Assembly: GCA_965204905.1 (NCBI GenBank)
Contig: OZ242042.1
Span: forward strand, 1,282,778-1,346,777
Reading direction: 5' to 3'
DNA from: Dehalococcoidia bacterium
GTDB taxonomy: Bacteria > Chloroflexota > Dehalococcoidia > Lucifugimonadales > UBA3495
Length of the DNA: 64,000 bases
Shown here one piece after another: positions 8,714-17,405 of the stretch (position 1 is the stretch's first letter; each line of letters begins with the position of its first letter). The position numbers and the translations under genes are program-made. Under the pieces are notes generated by a model. The model did not search any database, had not been told where the DNA came from, and saw nothing but the letters and a program-made list of their open reading frames with translations.

Positions 8714-8732
8714 AGACCTCAGAGGCAACCCT

Positions 8733-9056
8733 ATGACCATCTCCCAAATCCGCAGCCGCATCAACGCCCTCAAGCGCAAGTTCGCCCCCGAACTGGCCAT
8801 CCTCAAGCTCCGACGCATCGCCGAAGCCGTCTCCGAAGACTGGGACCCCTCCGAACCCCCGGAACCCGCCGAAGTCATCGGGCGTATCGCCGATGCCGGC
8901 TTCCGACTCCCTAGATTTATGTGGCTTCGCCGCTACCTCGATGACATCCGACGCCAGGAGGACGTCCCCGAGCCTGAATCAATCGTCCTCCAACTGCTCC
9001 CCTGGGCCGACCACAAACGCTACCGCGCCTTGCTCCTCCAGGAGCTGCCCGCCTAA
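8733..9056 (+). CDS. hypothetical protein
   Basis: Internal ATG of ORF 8625..9056. The longer form would translate the palindromic repeat (SFPRKRESG). No family recognised. Repeat elements flank it on both sides. Confidence 0.4.
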   Translation: MTISQIRSRINALKRKFAPELAILKLRRIAEAVSEDWDPSEPPEPAEVIGRIADAGFRLPRFMWLRRYLDDIRRQEDVPEPESIVLQLLPWADHKRYRALLLQELPA

Positions 9057-9096
9057 CGCGGTAGGCCACGCCCGTCATACCACCCATCCATATGCC

Positions 9097-9166
9097 ATTC
9101 CCGCGAAAGAACAGCCTGCCCCGTGCTCGACACGGGGCCACCCCGTACATGATACGGGGCGGGAAT
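9097..9166. repeat. composite palindromic element: ATTCCCGC arms enclosing two CCCCG..CGGGG hairpins
   Basis: Arms 9097-9104 / 9159-9166. Inner core AGCCTGCCCCGTGCTCGACACGGGG 9113-9137 and CCCCGTACATGATACGGGG 9141-9159. Confidence 0.75.
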
Positions 9167-9196
9167 CCGGAACGCCTTTGGTGTAAAGTATTCTAG

Positions 9197-9217
9197 ATTC
9201 CGGCTCAAAGCCGGAAC
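9197..9217. repeat. ATTCCGGC-loop-GCCGGAA(C) palindromic element (G-subfamily)
   Basis: ATTCCGGCTCAAAGCCGGAAC. Confidence 0.65.
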
Positions 9218-9261
9218 GACCGCATGGGCCTATAGCGTTTGAAACAGGAGAAGCCGTAGCC

Positions 9262-10461
9262 ATGAGCGAAATCACCGGCAACGGAACTGCGCCAACCCCG
9301 ACGGTTCCCAGCGTGTACGGCGACGACGGAGTGACCATCATCGGCATGATCGGTGTGGTGCGTGAAGCCGCCGCCAACCAGGGCGCGACCCTCAGCCTCT
9401 TCGGAGGAGGCATCAATCCCGGGGCCGAAGTCCCCTCCGGCGTTGATCCCGACTACATACTCGATTTCGCCCGGACCCACGAAGACGCCGGGTTCGATAT
9501 GGTGTTGACCGGCTACTCATCGTCAACCCCCGACGGTTTTGAAGTCGCCGGCTACGCCGCCGCGCACACCGACCGACTGGGCTACCTGATCGCCCACCGG
9601 CCCGGCTTCGTCGCGCCGACGCTGGCCGCCCGCAAAGCCGCCACTTTGGACCAGCTAACCAACGGACGTATCGCGCTGCACATCATCACCGGCGGCAACG
9701 ACGTTGAGCAGCGGCAGGATGGCGACTGGCTCGACCACGATGCCCGCTACCGCCGCACTGACGAGTACCTGTCAGTAATGCGCCGCATCTGGACCGAACA
9801 CGAGCCCTTCGACCATGAGGGTGAGTTCTACCGTTTTCAGGACGCCTACAGCCAGGCGAGGTGTCGCCAGCAACCCCACGTCCCTCTGTTTTTCGGCGGC
9901 GCTTCCGACATCGCGCTGGACGTTGCCAGCCGCCGCGCGGATCTTTTCGCGCTGTGGGGAGAACCTCGCGCTTCCATTGCACAACGCATCGCAGACGTTA
10001 AAAGCCGCGTTGCTGCCGCCGGCCGGGATCCGTCTGAAATTCGATTCAGCCTGTCGGCCCGTCCTATCCTGGCTGACACCGAGGAAAGGGCCTGGGAACG
10101 CGCGGACCGCATCCTGGCCAGCATCAAGCAAGCCACCGCCGGCCGAATCACGCCGGGCGTACCCACGCGCCCGCAGTCCGAAGGGGCGTGGCGTCTGCTG
10201 CGCTTTGCCGCAGAGGGCAATGTCCACGACGAACGGCTCTGGATGCCGATAGCCGCTGCCAGCGGCGCATCCGGCAGCACCACTTGCCTGGTCGGTACGC
10301 CTCGCCAGGTCGCCGATTCGTTGCTGGCGTACTACGATCTCGGCTGCACCGCGTTCATCATCCGCGGATTTGATCCCCTTGCCGACGCCGCCGATTATGG
10401 CGGAGAGCTCATCCCCCTCGTCCGCGAAGGAGTCGCGGCGCGGCGCAAGAGGTGGGTATGA
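9262..10461 (+). CDS. LLM-class (luciferase-like) flavin-dependent oxidoreductase
   Basis: 399-aa ORF. TIM-barrel LLM signature region (RLGYLIAHRPGFVAPTLAARKAATLDQLTNGRIALHIITGG, RYRRTDEYLSVMRRIWT). Confidence 0.85.
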   Translation: MSEITGNGTAPTPTVPSVYGDDGVTIIGMIGVVREAAANQGATLSLFGGGINPGAEVPSGVDPDYILDFARTHEDAGFDMVLTGYSSSTPDGFEVAGYAAAHTDRLGYLIAHRPGFVAPTLAARKAATLDQLTNGRIALHIITGGNDVEQRQDGDWLDHDARYRRTDEYLSVMRRIWTEHEPFDHEGEFYRFQDAYSQARCRQQPHVPLFFGGASDIALDVASRRADLFALWGEPRASIAQRIADVKSRVAAAGRDPSEIRFSLSARPILADTEERAWERADRILASIKQATAGRITPGVPTRPQSEGAWRLLRFAAEGNVHDERLWMPIAAASGASGSTTCLVGTPRQVADSLLAYYDLGCTAFIIRGFDPLADAADYGGELIPLVREGVAARRKRWV

Positions 10462-10946
10462 CCGACGAATCGCCGCTGTCGGTCTTATGGGACTTGGCGG
10501 AGATCCTGTGGCTGCCGTTGCTCGTCGGGTTGGTTGTAGCAGGCGTAACCTGGCTGATCTGGTACTATACGTCTATACCGTGTGCGCCTGAATTGGCTGG
10601 ATCGCATTACTGCAACCCGTCGCCAGTTGCGAAGTACATCAACGCGGAAATTTGGACGCGGTGTTTGACGCTGGGGACGCTGTCTGGCGGGCTCATCGGA
10701 GGAGGTGTGAATTACGCGATGTTTAGCAGAGAGCGAGCGGCACGTATCGCCGCTGAAACCATTGCCGCGGAAGAGCGCAAGCTACGCGAAGAAGAACGCA
10801 AGCTACGCGAAGCAGACCGTCAACGCATCGACCAATTGGTCGTACAATTTGGCGAAACGCAGCAGGCAATGCTATCTGCCATCACTGCATTAACCGCGGA
10901 AGTGTCGGAACTCCGCCGTCAGCGCAACGGTGAAAGCGGTCATTAA
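10458..10946 (+). CDS. hypothetical membrane-anchored coiled-coil protein
   Basis: ATG overlaps the LLM stop (ATGA). An N-terminal TM segment is followed by a charged coiled coil with a near-perfect 21-nt tandem repeat (10773-10814, ERKLREE x2). Confidence 0.5.
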   Translation: MTDESPLSVLWDLAEILWLPLLVGLVVAGVTWLIWYYTSIPCAPELAGSHYCNPSPVAKYINAEIWTRCLTLGTLSGGLIGGGVNYAMFSRERAARIAAETIAAEERKLREEERKLREADRQRIDQLVVQFGETQQAMLSAITALTAEVSELRRQRNGESGH

Positions 10947-10963
10947 CCAGTCGAGGTTCACAC

Positions 10964-12175
10964 ATGGTCGATTATGCATCCCTATTCTCCAACAACCTTC
11001 CCCGCTCGGTGTCAACGCCCGAGGGAAGCAACGCCCAGGTGAAGTACATCTTTTCCATCACCAACGCGGTGCCCGAAGTCATCAACGCGCAGAATTATCT
11101 TGACGCGATCCGCGCCGGACTCGAATCCGGCGGTCCCAACTCGTTGGCGGCATACCCTCCGCCCACGGGACATAACGGCCTGCGCGAACTGGTGGCGGAG
11201 CGGCTGGCTGCCAATCGTGGGTTCAGTGCCTCGCCCGATGATGTCTTCATCTCAGACGGAGCCGGCGGAGCCATCAACATCATACTGGACTCGTTCATCA
11301 ATCCTGGCGACGCAATACTGGTGGAGGAATTTACCTACATGGGTAGCCTCCGCATGATGCTGGAGCGCGGCGCGGAACCCATCCACGTCCTCTGCGACGA
11401 GGACGGTATGCTGCCCGATGCCCTGGAAGATGCCTTGGCTTCCCTGGCCAGCGTTGGGCGCAAGCCCAAGTTCGTATGGATGATTCCGGTGTACCAGAAC
11501 CCGTTGGGATTTACGCCACCTGAATCCCGCCGCCGCGCGTTGCTGGACATCGCGCAGCGGTACAACGTCCCGGTCCTGGAGAACGAGTCCTACGCCGACT
11601 TCCGCATCGATGGTGATCCGCTGCCAACCGCCTTCTCCGGCCTCAGCGACCAGGGCGACATCATGTACGTGTCGTCCTTCACCAAGCTCTTGGGCTGCGG
11701 GCTGCGTGTGGGATTTGGGGTGCTGCCGCCTGCCGTCCGCGCGGCTCTGCCGCAGGTCAATGCCGAAAACCTTCCGCGCCGGGGTGTCAGCCATCTCGCC
11801 ACAATGATGGTGTACGAATACCTGCGCGAGCATGAAGCCGAGCACATCGAAACCGTCCGAAGCGCTCTGCAAGTCCGCCGCGACGCCATGTTGGATGCTT
11901 TGCAACAGAACTTCCCGGCGTTCTGCGAATGGACCCATCCGCAGGGAGGGATGCTGGTGTTCGTGCGCCTGCCGGAGGGGGCTGACACCTGGGCCACGCT
12001 GAAAAAAGCCACGGAGCGCGATGTGAAATACAACCCCGGCGGAGTCTTCCGGGCCGACCGGGATCGTAACAACTACCTGCGGCTTACCTACAGCCACAAC
12101 TCCCCGGATGAGATCCGTGAGGGAGTTGCCCGTCTGGCGGAGTTGTTCCGAGAGGAAGGTTACTTCGAAGGTTAG
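10964..12175 (+). CDS. PLP-dependent aminotransferase, class I/II fold (LysN/2-aminoadipate aminotransferase-like)
   Basis: 403-aa ORF. YPPPTGHNGLRE, NPGDAILVEEFTY, NPLGFT, and the PLP-lysine motif SSFTKLLGCGLRVGF. Confidence 0.85.
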   Translation: MVDYASLFSNNLPRSVSTPEGSNAQVKYIFSITNAVPEVINAQNYLDAIRAGLESGGPNSLAAYPPPTGHNGLRELVAERLAANRGFSASPDDVFISDGAGGAINIILDSFINPGDAILVEEFTYMGSLRMMLERGAEPIHVLCDEDGMLPDALEDALASLASVGRKPKFVWMIPVYQNPLGFTPPESRRRALLDIAQRYNVPVLENESYADFRIDGDPLPTAFSGLSDQGDIMYVSSFTKLLGCGLRVGFGVLPPAVRAALPQVNAENLPRRGVSHLATMMVYEYLREHEAEHIETVRSALQVRRDAMLDALQQNFPAFCEWTHPQGGMLVFVRLPEGADTWATLKKATERDVKYNPGGVFRADRDRNNYLRLTYSHNSPDEIREGVARLAELFREEGYFEG

Positions 12176-12187
12176 GGTAACCGGGCG

Positions 12188-12676
12188 TTAGCCTCTCAGG
12201 CGCGCCCGTTCTCTTCCCTCAATGAAATGAATTGCCTCATCCGCATTTATCCGTCCCACGGGACCACTCGCGTACATGGCGCCTAGCACAGTCCCACCGC
12301 GTCCCAGCAGGAATTCAGTGGGCTGAATGTAGCCGCCGCGATCTTCGGACCACCAGGAACCCAATAGATCCGCGTCTTCTCTAGTAACGCCATACGCCAT
12401 GGGGAAAGACACCCCGGACTTTTCGGCCATCTCCTGAACGACTTCCTTCGGTTCGACGCTGGCGCCGATCATAGTGAGCCCCATCTCGGCCAGCGCATCC
12501 TTCTGCGATTCCCAAGCGGCTAACTGCCGCGAGCAATAGGGTCACCACACTCCACGGTAGAACATCACTGCCAAATACCGTGAGGACATGTCCCCCGGCA
12601 GCTCCAGCGTGTTCCCGTCAATCAGGTTGAGCGTAATCGGCGGCAGTCGGTCGCCTTGTTGCAGTTTCTCGCCCAT
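12188..12676 (-). CDS. peroxiredoxin-like (AhpC/TSA, Prx-like2) thiol oxidoreductase, probable selenoprotein with a U-x-x-C redox motif
   Basis: The ORF track shows only the last 98 aa. Own translation from ATG 12676 (SD AAGGGAG) gives MGEKLQQGDRLPPITLNLIDGNTLELPGDMSSRYLAVMFYRGVW-TGA-PYCSRQLAAWESQKDALAEMGLTMIGAS..., in frame with ORF 12188..12484. The TGA (12542-12544) replaces the first Cys of the family FYRGxWCPYC motif. Confidence 0.75.
12504..12535 (-). promoter_or_regulatory. candidate bacterial SECIS hairpin downstream of UGA 12544-12542
   Basis: The mRNA reads UGACCCUAUUGCUCGCGGCAGUUAGCCGCUUGGGAAUCGCAG. Apical stem GCGGC/GCCGC with loop AGUUA, 11 nt after the UGA, extendable by UGC/GCA across an internal loop. 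Confidence 0.35.
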
Positions 12677-12700
12677 AGCGATGCTCCCTTCGTCGGCCTG

Positions 12701-13183
12701 TCAACTCTGCGGACGTTCCGGCCAGAACAGTTCGTAAAGACGCTCCGATAGTTCCTCGCACAGTTCCAGCCCGTCGGTAACTTCTTCAGTGGACTGTTCA
12801 TCCTCGTAGAAGTTGCTATGCAAAACGCGGGCGATATTGAAGGAATTGTTAATCCATCTGCGCGTGTTGATGTCGCCAGACTCGTCCACCAGTCCGGACA
12901 ACTGCCGAACCACCTCCCAAATGGAACGGTGCTGGTGAATGATGCCGCCGTGCCGCGCGCTGACCGCCTTTACGGTTTCGGCTACCATACCCCACGCCTT
13001 GTTGGACGCCTGCGGCAAGTCGCCGTCCTCTCGCAAGTGCCTCCACGCGCTGGCGCGGAAGTTCCGGCTGAGACTGGCGTATTTTTCCGGCGTCCGGCCG
13101 GCATCGTCGGGCTGAGCGCGATCACGGGCGGCGTCCAGCCCTCGGGCTACGGCGGCGGCGATGGCGTCATCGGCGAATGTCAC
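12701..13183 (-). CDS. PaREP1-like / HEPN-superfamily helical protein
   Basis: GTG start 2 nt after the upstream LLM stop (the track's longer form would overlap by 52 nt). ASNKAWGMVAETVKAVSARHGGIIHQHRSIWEVVRQL resembles the PaREP1 family core. This is recall-based. Confidence 0.5.
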   Translation of the reverse strand: MTFADDAIAAAVARGLDAARDRAQPDDAGRTPEKYASLSRNFRASAWRHLREDGDLPQASNKAWGMVAETVKAVSARHGGIIHQHRSIWEVVRQLSGLVDESGDINTRRWINNSFNIARVLHSNFYEDEQSTEEVTDGLELCEELSERLYELFWPERPQS

Positions 13184-13185
13184 GG

Positions 13186-14409
13186 CTAATTCCCAACCGC
13201 TTCCGCGGTTTCGGACTTGAGCTTCTCCGGCCACCACGGGTCATCGTATTCGTTGAACAGACCCTTCATGTGGGGCATAACCTCGTTGGCGAACAGGTCT
13301 GTGTTCTTCTTGACCAGTTCCGGCGGCATACTGCCGATTTGCAGCAGCACCATCAGGTGGCCGATCCGCAGCAACTCGCAGGCTTCGGTAAGCTTGCGCC
13401 GTACGGTTTCGGGGCTGCCGCCGATAACGTGTCCCTGCTCGATGTAGTCTTTCCAGCTGTTTTCCTTGGCCGTCCGCTGGGCCTCTTCGCCCATCTGGGG
13501 CCGCAACGACTTGCGGATGGAATCCAGCGAACGATAACCAGGGGATTCGGCGAATGGCGGGTACACGCGCAACATCTTTTCGTAGAAGTACTTGACGTGT
13601 TCCTCGTAGTCCTGCTCCGCCTGCTCGTCGGTCTCTGAAACGCAGACCAGTTGTAGGAATCCTAAGCGGTGCGGGTTGTCGTCAATGCCCCGCTCGGCGA
13701 CCCGTTCCCAGTAGCCCTTCACGATGTTGTGCCCGCGCAGGTAACCGTAGTAGGACAGGTAGCAGTACACGTAGTCCCGGTCCAGCACCCAGTCCCACGT
13801 CTCCAGGCTGCCGGATCCGGGCACCCAAACCGGCGGGTGCGGCTCCTGCATGGGCCGTGGCCAGATACTGATGTAGCGCAGCTTGTTGTATTTGCCGTTG
13901 AAAATCGTGGGATGGTGCTGTGTCCAGGCTTGCATGACCACATCATGAGCCTCGGTGTGCCGGTCGCGCAGTGTGATCGGAACCTGACCGTATGAGAACG
14001 TCGTGTCCATGGACGTCCCCACCGGGAACCCGGCTACTAGTCGTCCGCCCGAGATAACGTCAATCATCGCCATCTCTTCGGCGACACGGACCGGAGGGTT
14101 GTAGAGCGCCAGGCTGTTGCCCAGCACGATCACGGCGCCGTTGTTGGTGCTGTTGGCCAGTACCGAGGCGATGAGGTTGGGCGACGGCATGATGCCGTAG
14201 GCGTTGTTGTGGTGCTCGTTGACGCAAATTCCATCGAAACCCACCTCGTCGGCGTACCGCAACTGGTCGATGTATTGAGCGTAATACTCGTTGCCTTTGG
14301 CGGGATCGAAATTCTCGTTAGGCAGATCAACCCAGGCGGAATGATGCTGCTCGGCGAAATCGTCGGGCAGGTCCTGGTAGGGCATCAGGTGGAAAAAGGA
14401 AACTTTCAT
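13186..14409 (-). CDS. LLM-class flavin-dependent oxidoreductase
   Basis: 407-aa ORF. MKVSFFHLMPY..., EVGFDGICVNEHHNNAYG and GGRLVAGFPVG are typical of the luciferase-like monooxygenase family. Confidence 0.9.
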   Translation of the reverse strand: MKVSFFHLMPYQDLPDDFAEQHHSAWVDLPNENFDPAKGNEYYAQYIDQLRYADEVGFDGICVNEHHNNAYGIMPSPNLIASVLANSTNNGAVIVLGNSLALYNPPVRVAEEMAMIDVISGGRLVAGFPVGTSMDTTFSYGQVPITLRDRHTEAHDVVMQAWTQHHPTIFNGKYNKLRYISIWPRPMQEPHPPVWVPGSGSLETWDWVLDRDYVYCYLSYYGYLRGHNIVKGYWERVAERGIDDNPHRLGFLQLVCVSETDEQAEQDYEEHVKYFYEKMLRVYPPFAESPGYRSLDSIRKSLRPQMGEEAQRTAKENSWKDYIEQGHVIGGSPETVRRKLTEACELLRIGHLMVLLQIGSMPPELVKKNTDLFANEVMPHMKGLFNEYDDPWWPEKLKSETAEAVGN

Positions 14410-14478
14410 AATTGCGAATCCTCGGCGGCAACGGCGTACTGGTCAGGGATTTTTGGATTGTAGCATAGCCTGATGGAG

Positions 14479-15069
14479 CTACTGCGCCGGGCTGGCCGGC
14501 GGGGGGAAGAGATCGGTCACCGGGCAGGCGAAACCGGGCAATACGGGTTCTGCGGTGACGGTATCGCTGTAGCGGAACACCGTGGCCCGATCGGGCCACA
14601 GCGCAATGATAGTGCGATGTGGGGGGATTACCAGCCAAACCAGTTGCACTCCAGCCGCGAAGTATTCCTCCACCTTGTCCCAAACGTCCAGCGTCATATT
14701 GTTGGGAGAGATGACTTCCACCGCCATTATGGGCACCAGAGCCAGGATTGCTTCCGGGCCCGTAGGAAGATCGCCTTCTAAGACCGCCAAGTCAGGACGT
14801 CGAGTGCGGTTACGGTTTGCGCCTACGTCGAACAGAGCTTCCGCGAAAACTCTAATCGGAAGGCGATTTTCCGTCCGCTGTTCCAAAGCCCGCCATATAA
14901 GACGAACCACCTCGGCGTGAATGAGCATCTCCGGTGTCATGCCCATTTCATCACCATCCCACACGTGCTTTTTGACGATGCGGCCATCAAGCAACTCGCA
15001 GCCTCGGGTAATGTCTCTGGGCAGGGCAACGAATTCTTCCCAAGAGTACAGCTGTTCGGTGGTAGTCAT
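14479..15069 (-). CDS. Uma2-family (DUF820) PD-(D/E)xK nuclease-fold protein
   Basis: MTTTEQLYSWEEFVALP...CELLDGRIV...RPDLAV...AVEVISPNN...KVEEYFAAGVQLVWLV...LPGFACPVTDLF. A TTG at 15114 is an alternative start. Confidence 0.8.
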   Translation of the reverse strand: MTTTEQLYSWEEFVALPRDITRGCELLDGRIVKKHVWDGDEMGMTPEMLIHAEVVRLIWRALEQRTENRLPIRVFAEALFDVGANRNRTRRPDLAVLEGDLPTGPEAILALVPIMAVEVISPNNMTLDVWDKVEEYFAAGVQLVWLVIPPHRTIIALWPDRATVFRYSDTVTAEPVLPGFACPVTDLFPPPASPAQ

Positions 15070-15110
15070 CTGAACGCCCCGAATATTAGCGTGTGCCGGC
15101 GAAGCAGAGA

Positions 15111-15953
15111 TCAACCCGCGAGCCAGTTCTTGACCGCCGCGATGAAGTCAGCGGGGTTGTCCTCGAAGACCATGTGCCCGGCTCGCTCGATTTCCACCAG
15201 AGTGCCCTGCGCCAGCGTGTCGATCATCTGCCGCGCCGTTTCTTCGGTCAGCAGGTCGGTTTCCGTGCCGCGTACCACCAGCGTCGGGCAGACGATGCGT
15301 TCCAGGGCCGGCCATAGATCCGCCGCTGGCGCCGCCGTGCCGTTGATGCGCTGTTCTCGGATGGCCGGATCAAATTTCCAACCGATTTTGCCGTCGGAGG
15401 TTTCGTAAGTCTGCCCGCCCAGGCGTCGCCGCATAACCGATTCGGACGCGAACCGGTTGCCGGTCTGGACGTGGGCCAGGGCGTCCTCGAAGTTGTCGAA
15501 CTGGGGCGGCAAGCTCCGCAGTTCCTCGGTGATCCGGTTCCCGCCCGCCGGTTCGATGCGCGGGCCAATGTCCACAATGCAGAGACGCTCCAGTCGTTCC
15601 GGATTTTCGCCGGCGAAGGCCATGCTGTTCCGGCCGCCCATGGAATGGCCAAATAGGATGAACTTGTCCAGCCCTATGGCGTCCACGAATCCAGCGAGGT
15701 CTGCGACAAAGGCGTCGGTGGAATAGTCGCCGCCCGGAGCGTGGTCAGTGTCGCCCCGGCCTCGCTGGTCAAGAGCATACACGTGGTAGTCGCCGCATAG
15801 CGCTTCTGCCACGTCTTCCCAAACTCGGGCGTGGCCGCGCAGTCCGTGCAATAGCACTAGGGGCGGAGCGCCCTCTGCGCCCCATTCCAGGTAGTGAATG
15901 TTGATTCCGTTGGCGGTCAGAGTTTTGCTGCTGGGTTGTACCTGTGTGGTCAT
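15111..15953 (-). CDS. alpha/beta-fold hydrolase
   Basis: 280-aa ORF. HGLRGHARVW, nucleophile elbow GHSMGG, C-terminal GHMVFEDNP. Confidence 0.85.
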   Translation of the reverse strand: MTTQVQPSSKTLTANGINIHYLEWGAEGAPPLVLLHGLRGHARVWEDVAEALCGDYHVYALDQRGRGDTDHAPGGDYSTDAFVADLAGFVDAIGLDKFILFGHSMGGRNSMAFAGENPERLERLCIVDIGPRIEPAGGNRITEELRSLPPQFDNFEDALAHVQTGNRFASESVMRRRLGGQTYETSDGKIGWKFDPAIREQRINGTAAPAADLWPALERIVCPTLVVRGTETDLLTEETARQMIDTLAQGTLVEIERAGHMVFEDNPADFIAAVKNWLAG

Positions 15954-15983
15954 GGCGACTTCTCCTTGTCCGTAGTGTGTTCA

Positions 15984-16018
15984 CCCTCACCCAAGCCTCT
16001 CCCATCATAGGGAGAGGG
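15984..16018. repeat. hairpin repeat CCCTCACCC-n-CCTCTCCC-loop-GGGAGAGG (inverse copy of 5231-5265)
   Basis: Stem 15996-16003 / 16010-16017. Lies between the crotonase stop and the hydrolase start. Confidence 0.8.
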
Positions 16019-16019
16019 A

Positions 16020-16808
16020 TTACTTCAGTTGCCAATTGGGCCGGCGCTTCTCCGCAAACGCGCGTGGCCCTTCCTTGCTGTCTTCCGTGGTCAAAATGTA
16101 GTCGTAGGCCACATAGGTCTTGGCGCTGACTTCGGCGATGGACATGTCCAGGCTGCTGTACGCCAGCTCTTTGATGGTTCGGACTGCCAGCGGCGCATTC
16201 TGCGCGATGCTTTCCGCCATCCTGATTGCTTCCGGCACCAGTTCGTCGGCAGGAACCACCTTGTTCAGGAAGCCCATCTCCTTAACGCGCTCTGCGGGCA
16301 ACAGGTCGGCGGTCATCACCAACTCCAATACGTTGGAGATTCCGATCATCTTGGTCAGCTCTACCGCAAAGGGCGGCATCAGGCTCCACTTGGTTTCGGT
16401 GATGCCCAAGCGCGCGTTGTCGGCGGCGAGACGAACGTCGCACATCTGGGCGATAGACCATCCGCCGGCGGCGGCGGCCCCGTTGACGGCAGCCACCAGC
16501 GGTTTCGTAGGGCGTTCCCACATGTGCGGCTTGTTAGGCGACATGCTGTTTTCGGCGCGGGCCTGTACGCCTTCGGCGTTATCCGCCGCGCGCTCCTTCA
16601 GGTCGCGCCCAGCGCAGAAATTGCGGCCGGATCCCGTGACGACCGCCACCCAAGCCTCGTCATCCTCGTTGTCGAAGTGGTTGATGACTTCCTGGAGTTC
16701 CCGCCGGAGCTGGCGATTGATCGCGTTGGAAGCTTCGGGCCGGTTCAATGTGATGACGGCGACGTGGTTATCCGTCCCGGTCTTTTCGTAGAGTATGGTT
16801 TCAGGCAT
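16020..16808 (-). CDS. enoyl-CoA hydratase/isomerase (crotonase) family protein
   Basis: Start moved to ATG 16808 (SD AAGGAG). HVAVITLNRPEASNAIN and VAAVNGAAAAGGWSIAQMCD are crotonase signatures. Confidence 0.85.
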   Translation of the reverse strand: MPETILYEKTGTDNHVAVITLNRPEASNAINRQLRRELQEVINHFDNEDDEAWVAVVTGSGRNFCAGRDLKERAADNAEGVQARAENSMSPNKPHMWERPTKPLVAAVNGAAAAGGWSIAQMCDVRLAADNARLGITETKWSLMPPFAVELTKMIGISNVLELVMTADLLPAERVKEMGFLNKVVPADELVPEAIRMAESIAQNAPLAVRTIKELAYSSLDMSIAEVSAKTYVAYDYILTTEDSKEGPRAFAEKRRPNWQLK

Positions 16809-16860
16809 TGTAGTTTGGTCTCCTTGATCAAACTGGTCGTGGTGATAATCCCTGCCGGCG

Positions 16861-17220
16861 TCAGGCATAATGGCCCAGGTATTGACCGCCGATGACGTGC
16901 AGATGACCGTGGGATTGACTTTGCAATCCATCATAGCCGAAATTGGACAGGATACGAAAACCGTTGGGGCAATACATGCAACCAAGGGTGGTTGCCACGT
17001 CCCCGATCCTGGTCAAAATACCGCTGCTCCACAGTTCCAGCTGGCTCATGTGCCGCCTGGGCATTACCAACAGCATGATAGGCACCCACGTCAGTCGGTT
17101 GACTATGGCGATGATGTCATTGTCCAGATACCTGATTCTAGCCGGCTCACGGCCGGCCACTATCTCGCAGAATACGCAATAGGGTGTGGTTGGTGATGGG
17201 GTGGAGTTGCTGTTGGTCAT
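16861..17220 (-). CDS. HIT (histidine triad) family nucleotide hydrolase/transferase
   Basis: CVFCEIVAG near the N-terminus and the histidine triad HGHLHVIGG near the C-terminus. The start at 17220 (MTNSNS) is uncertain; the track form starts at 17286. Confidence 0.8.
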   Translation of the reverse strand: MTNSNSTPSPTTPYCVFCEIVAGREPARIRYLDNDIIAIVNRLTWVPIMLLVMPRRHMSQLELWSSGILTRIGDVATTLGCMYCPNGFRILSNFGYDGLQSQSHGHLHVIGGQYLGHYA

Positions 17221-17405
17221 TTTGCTTCTTGTTAACCTTCGGTCGATGCGTAAGTAGTAAGTATCGTCTGCCTGATTGTAACGCATTTCGAGGCGTCAGC
17301 ATTGACGATAATCTGCGGACACTACACGCACTGGCGCAAGTGTGGGGACGTTATAATGTTGACGAGAGCATGATTCACCGTCGCAACTATCCATAACCAT
17401 GAAAA

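Noticed and set aside
8625-8732. N-terminal extension of ORF 8625..9056 (and overlapping ORF 8615..8914)
   Set aside because: The extension is the translation of the palindromic repeats (SFPHPHRHSRESGNP). The internal ATG at 8733 is more plausible.
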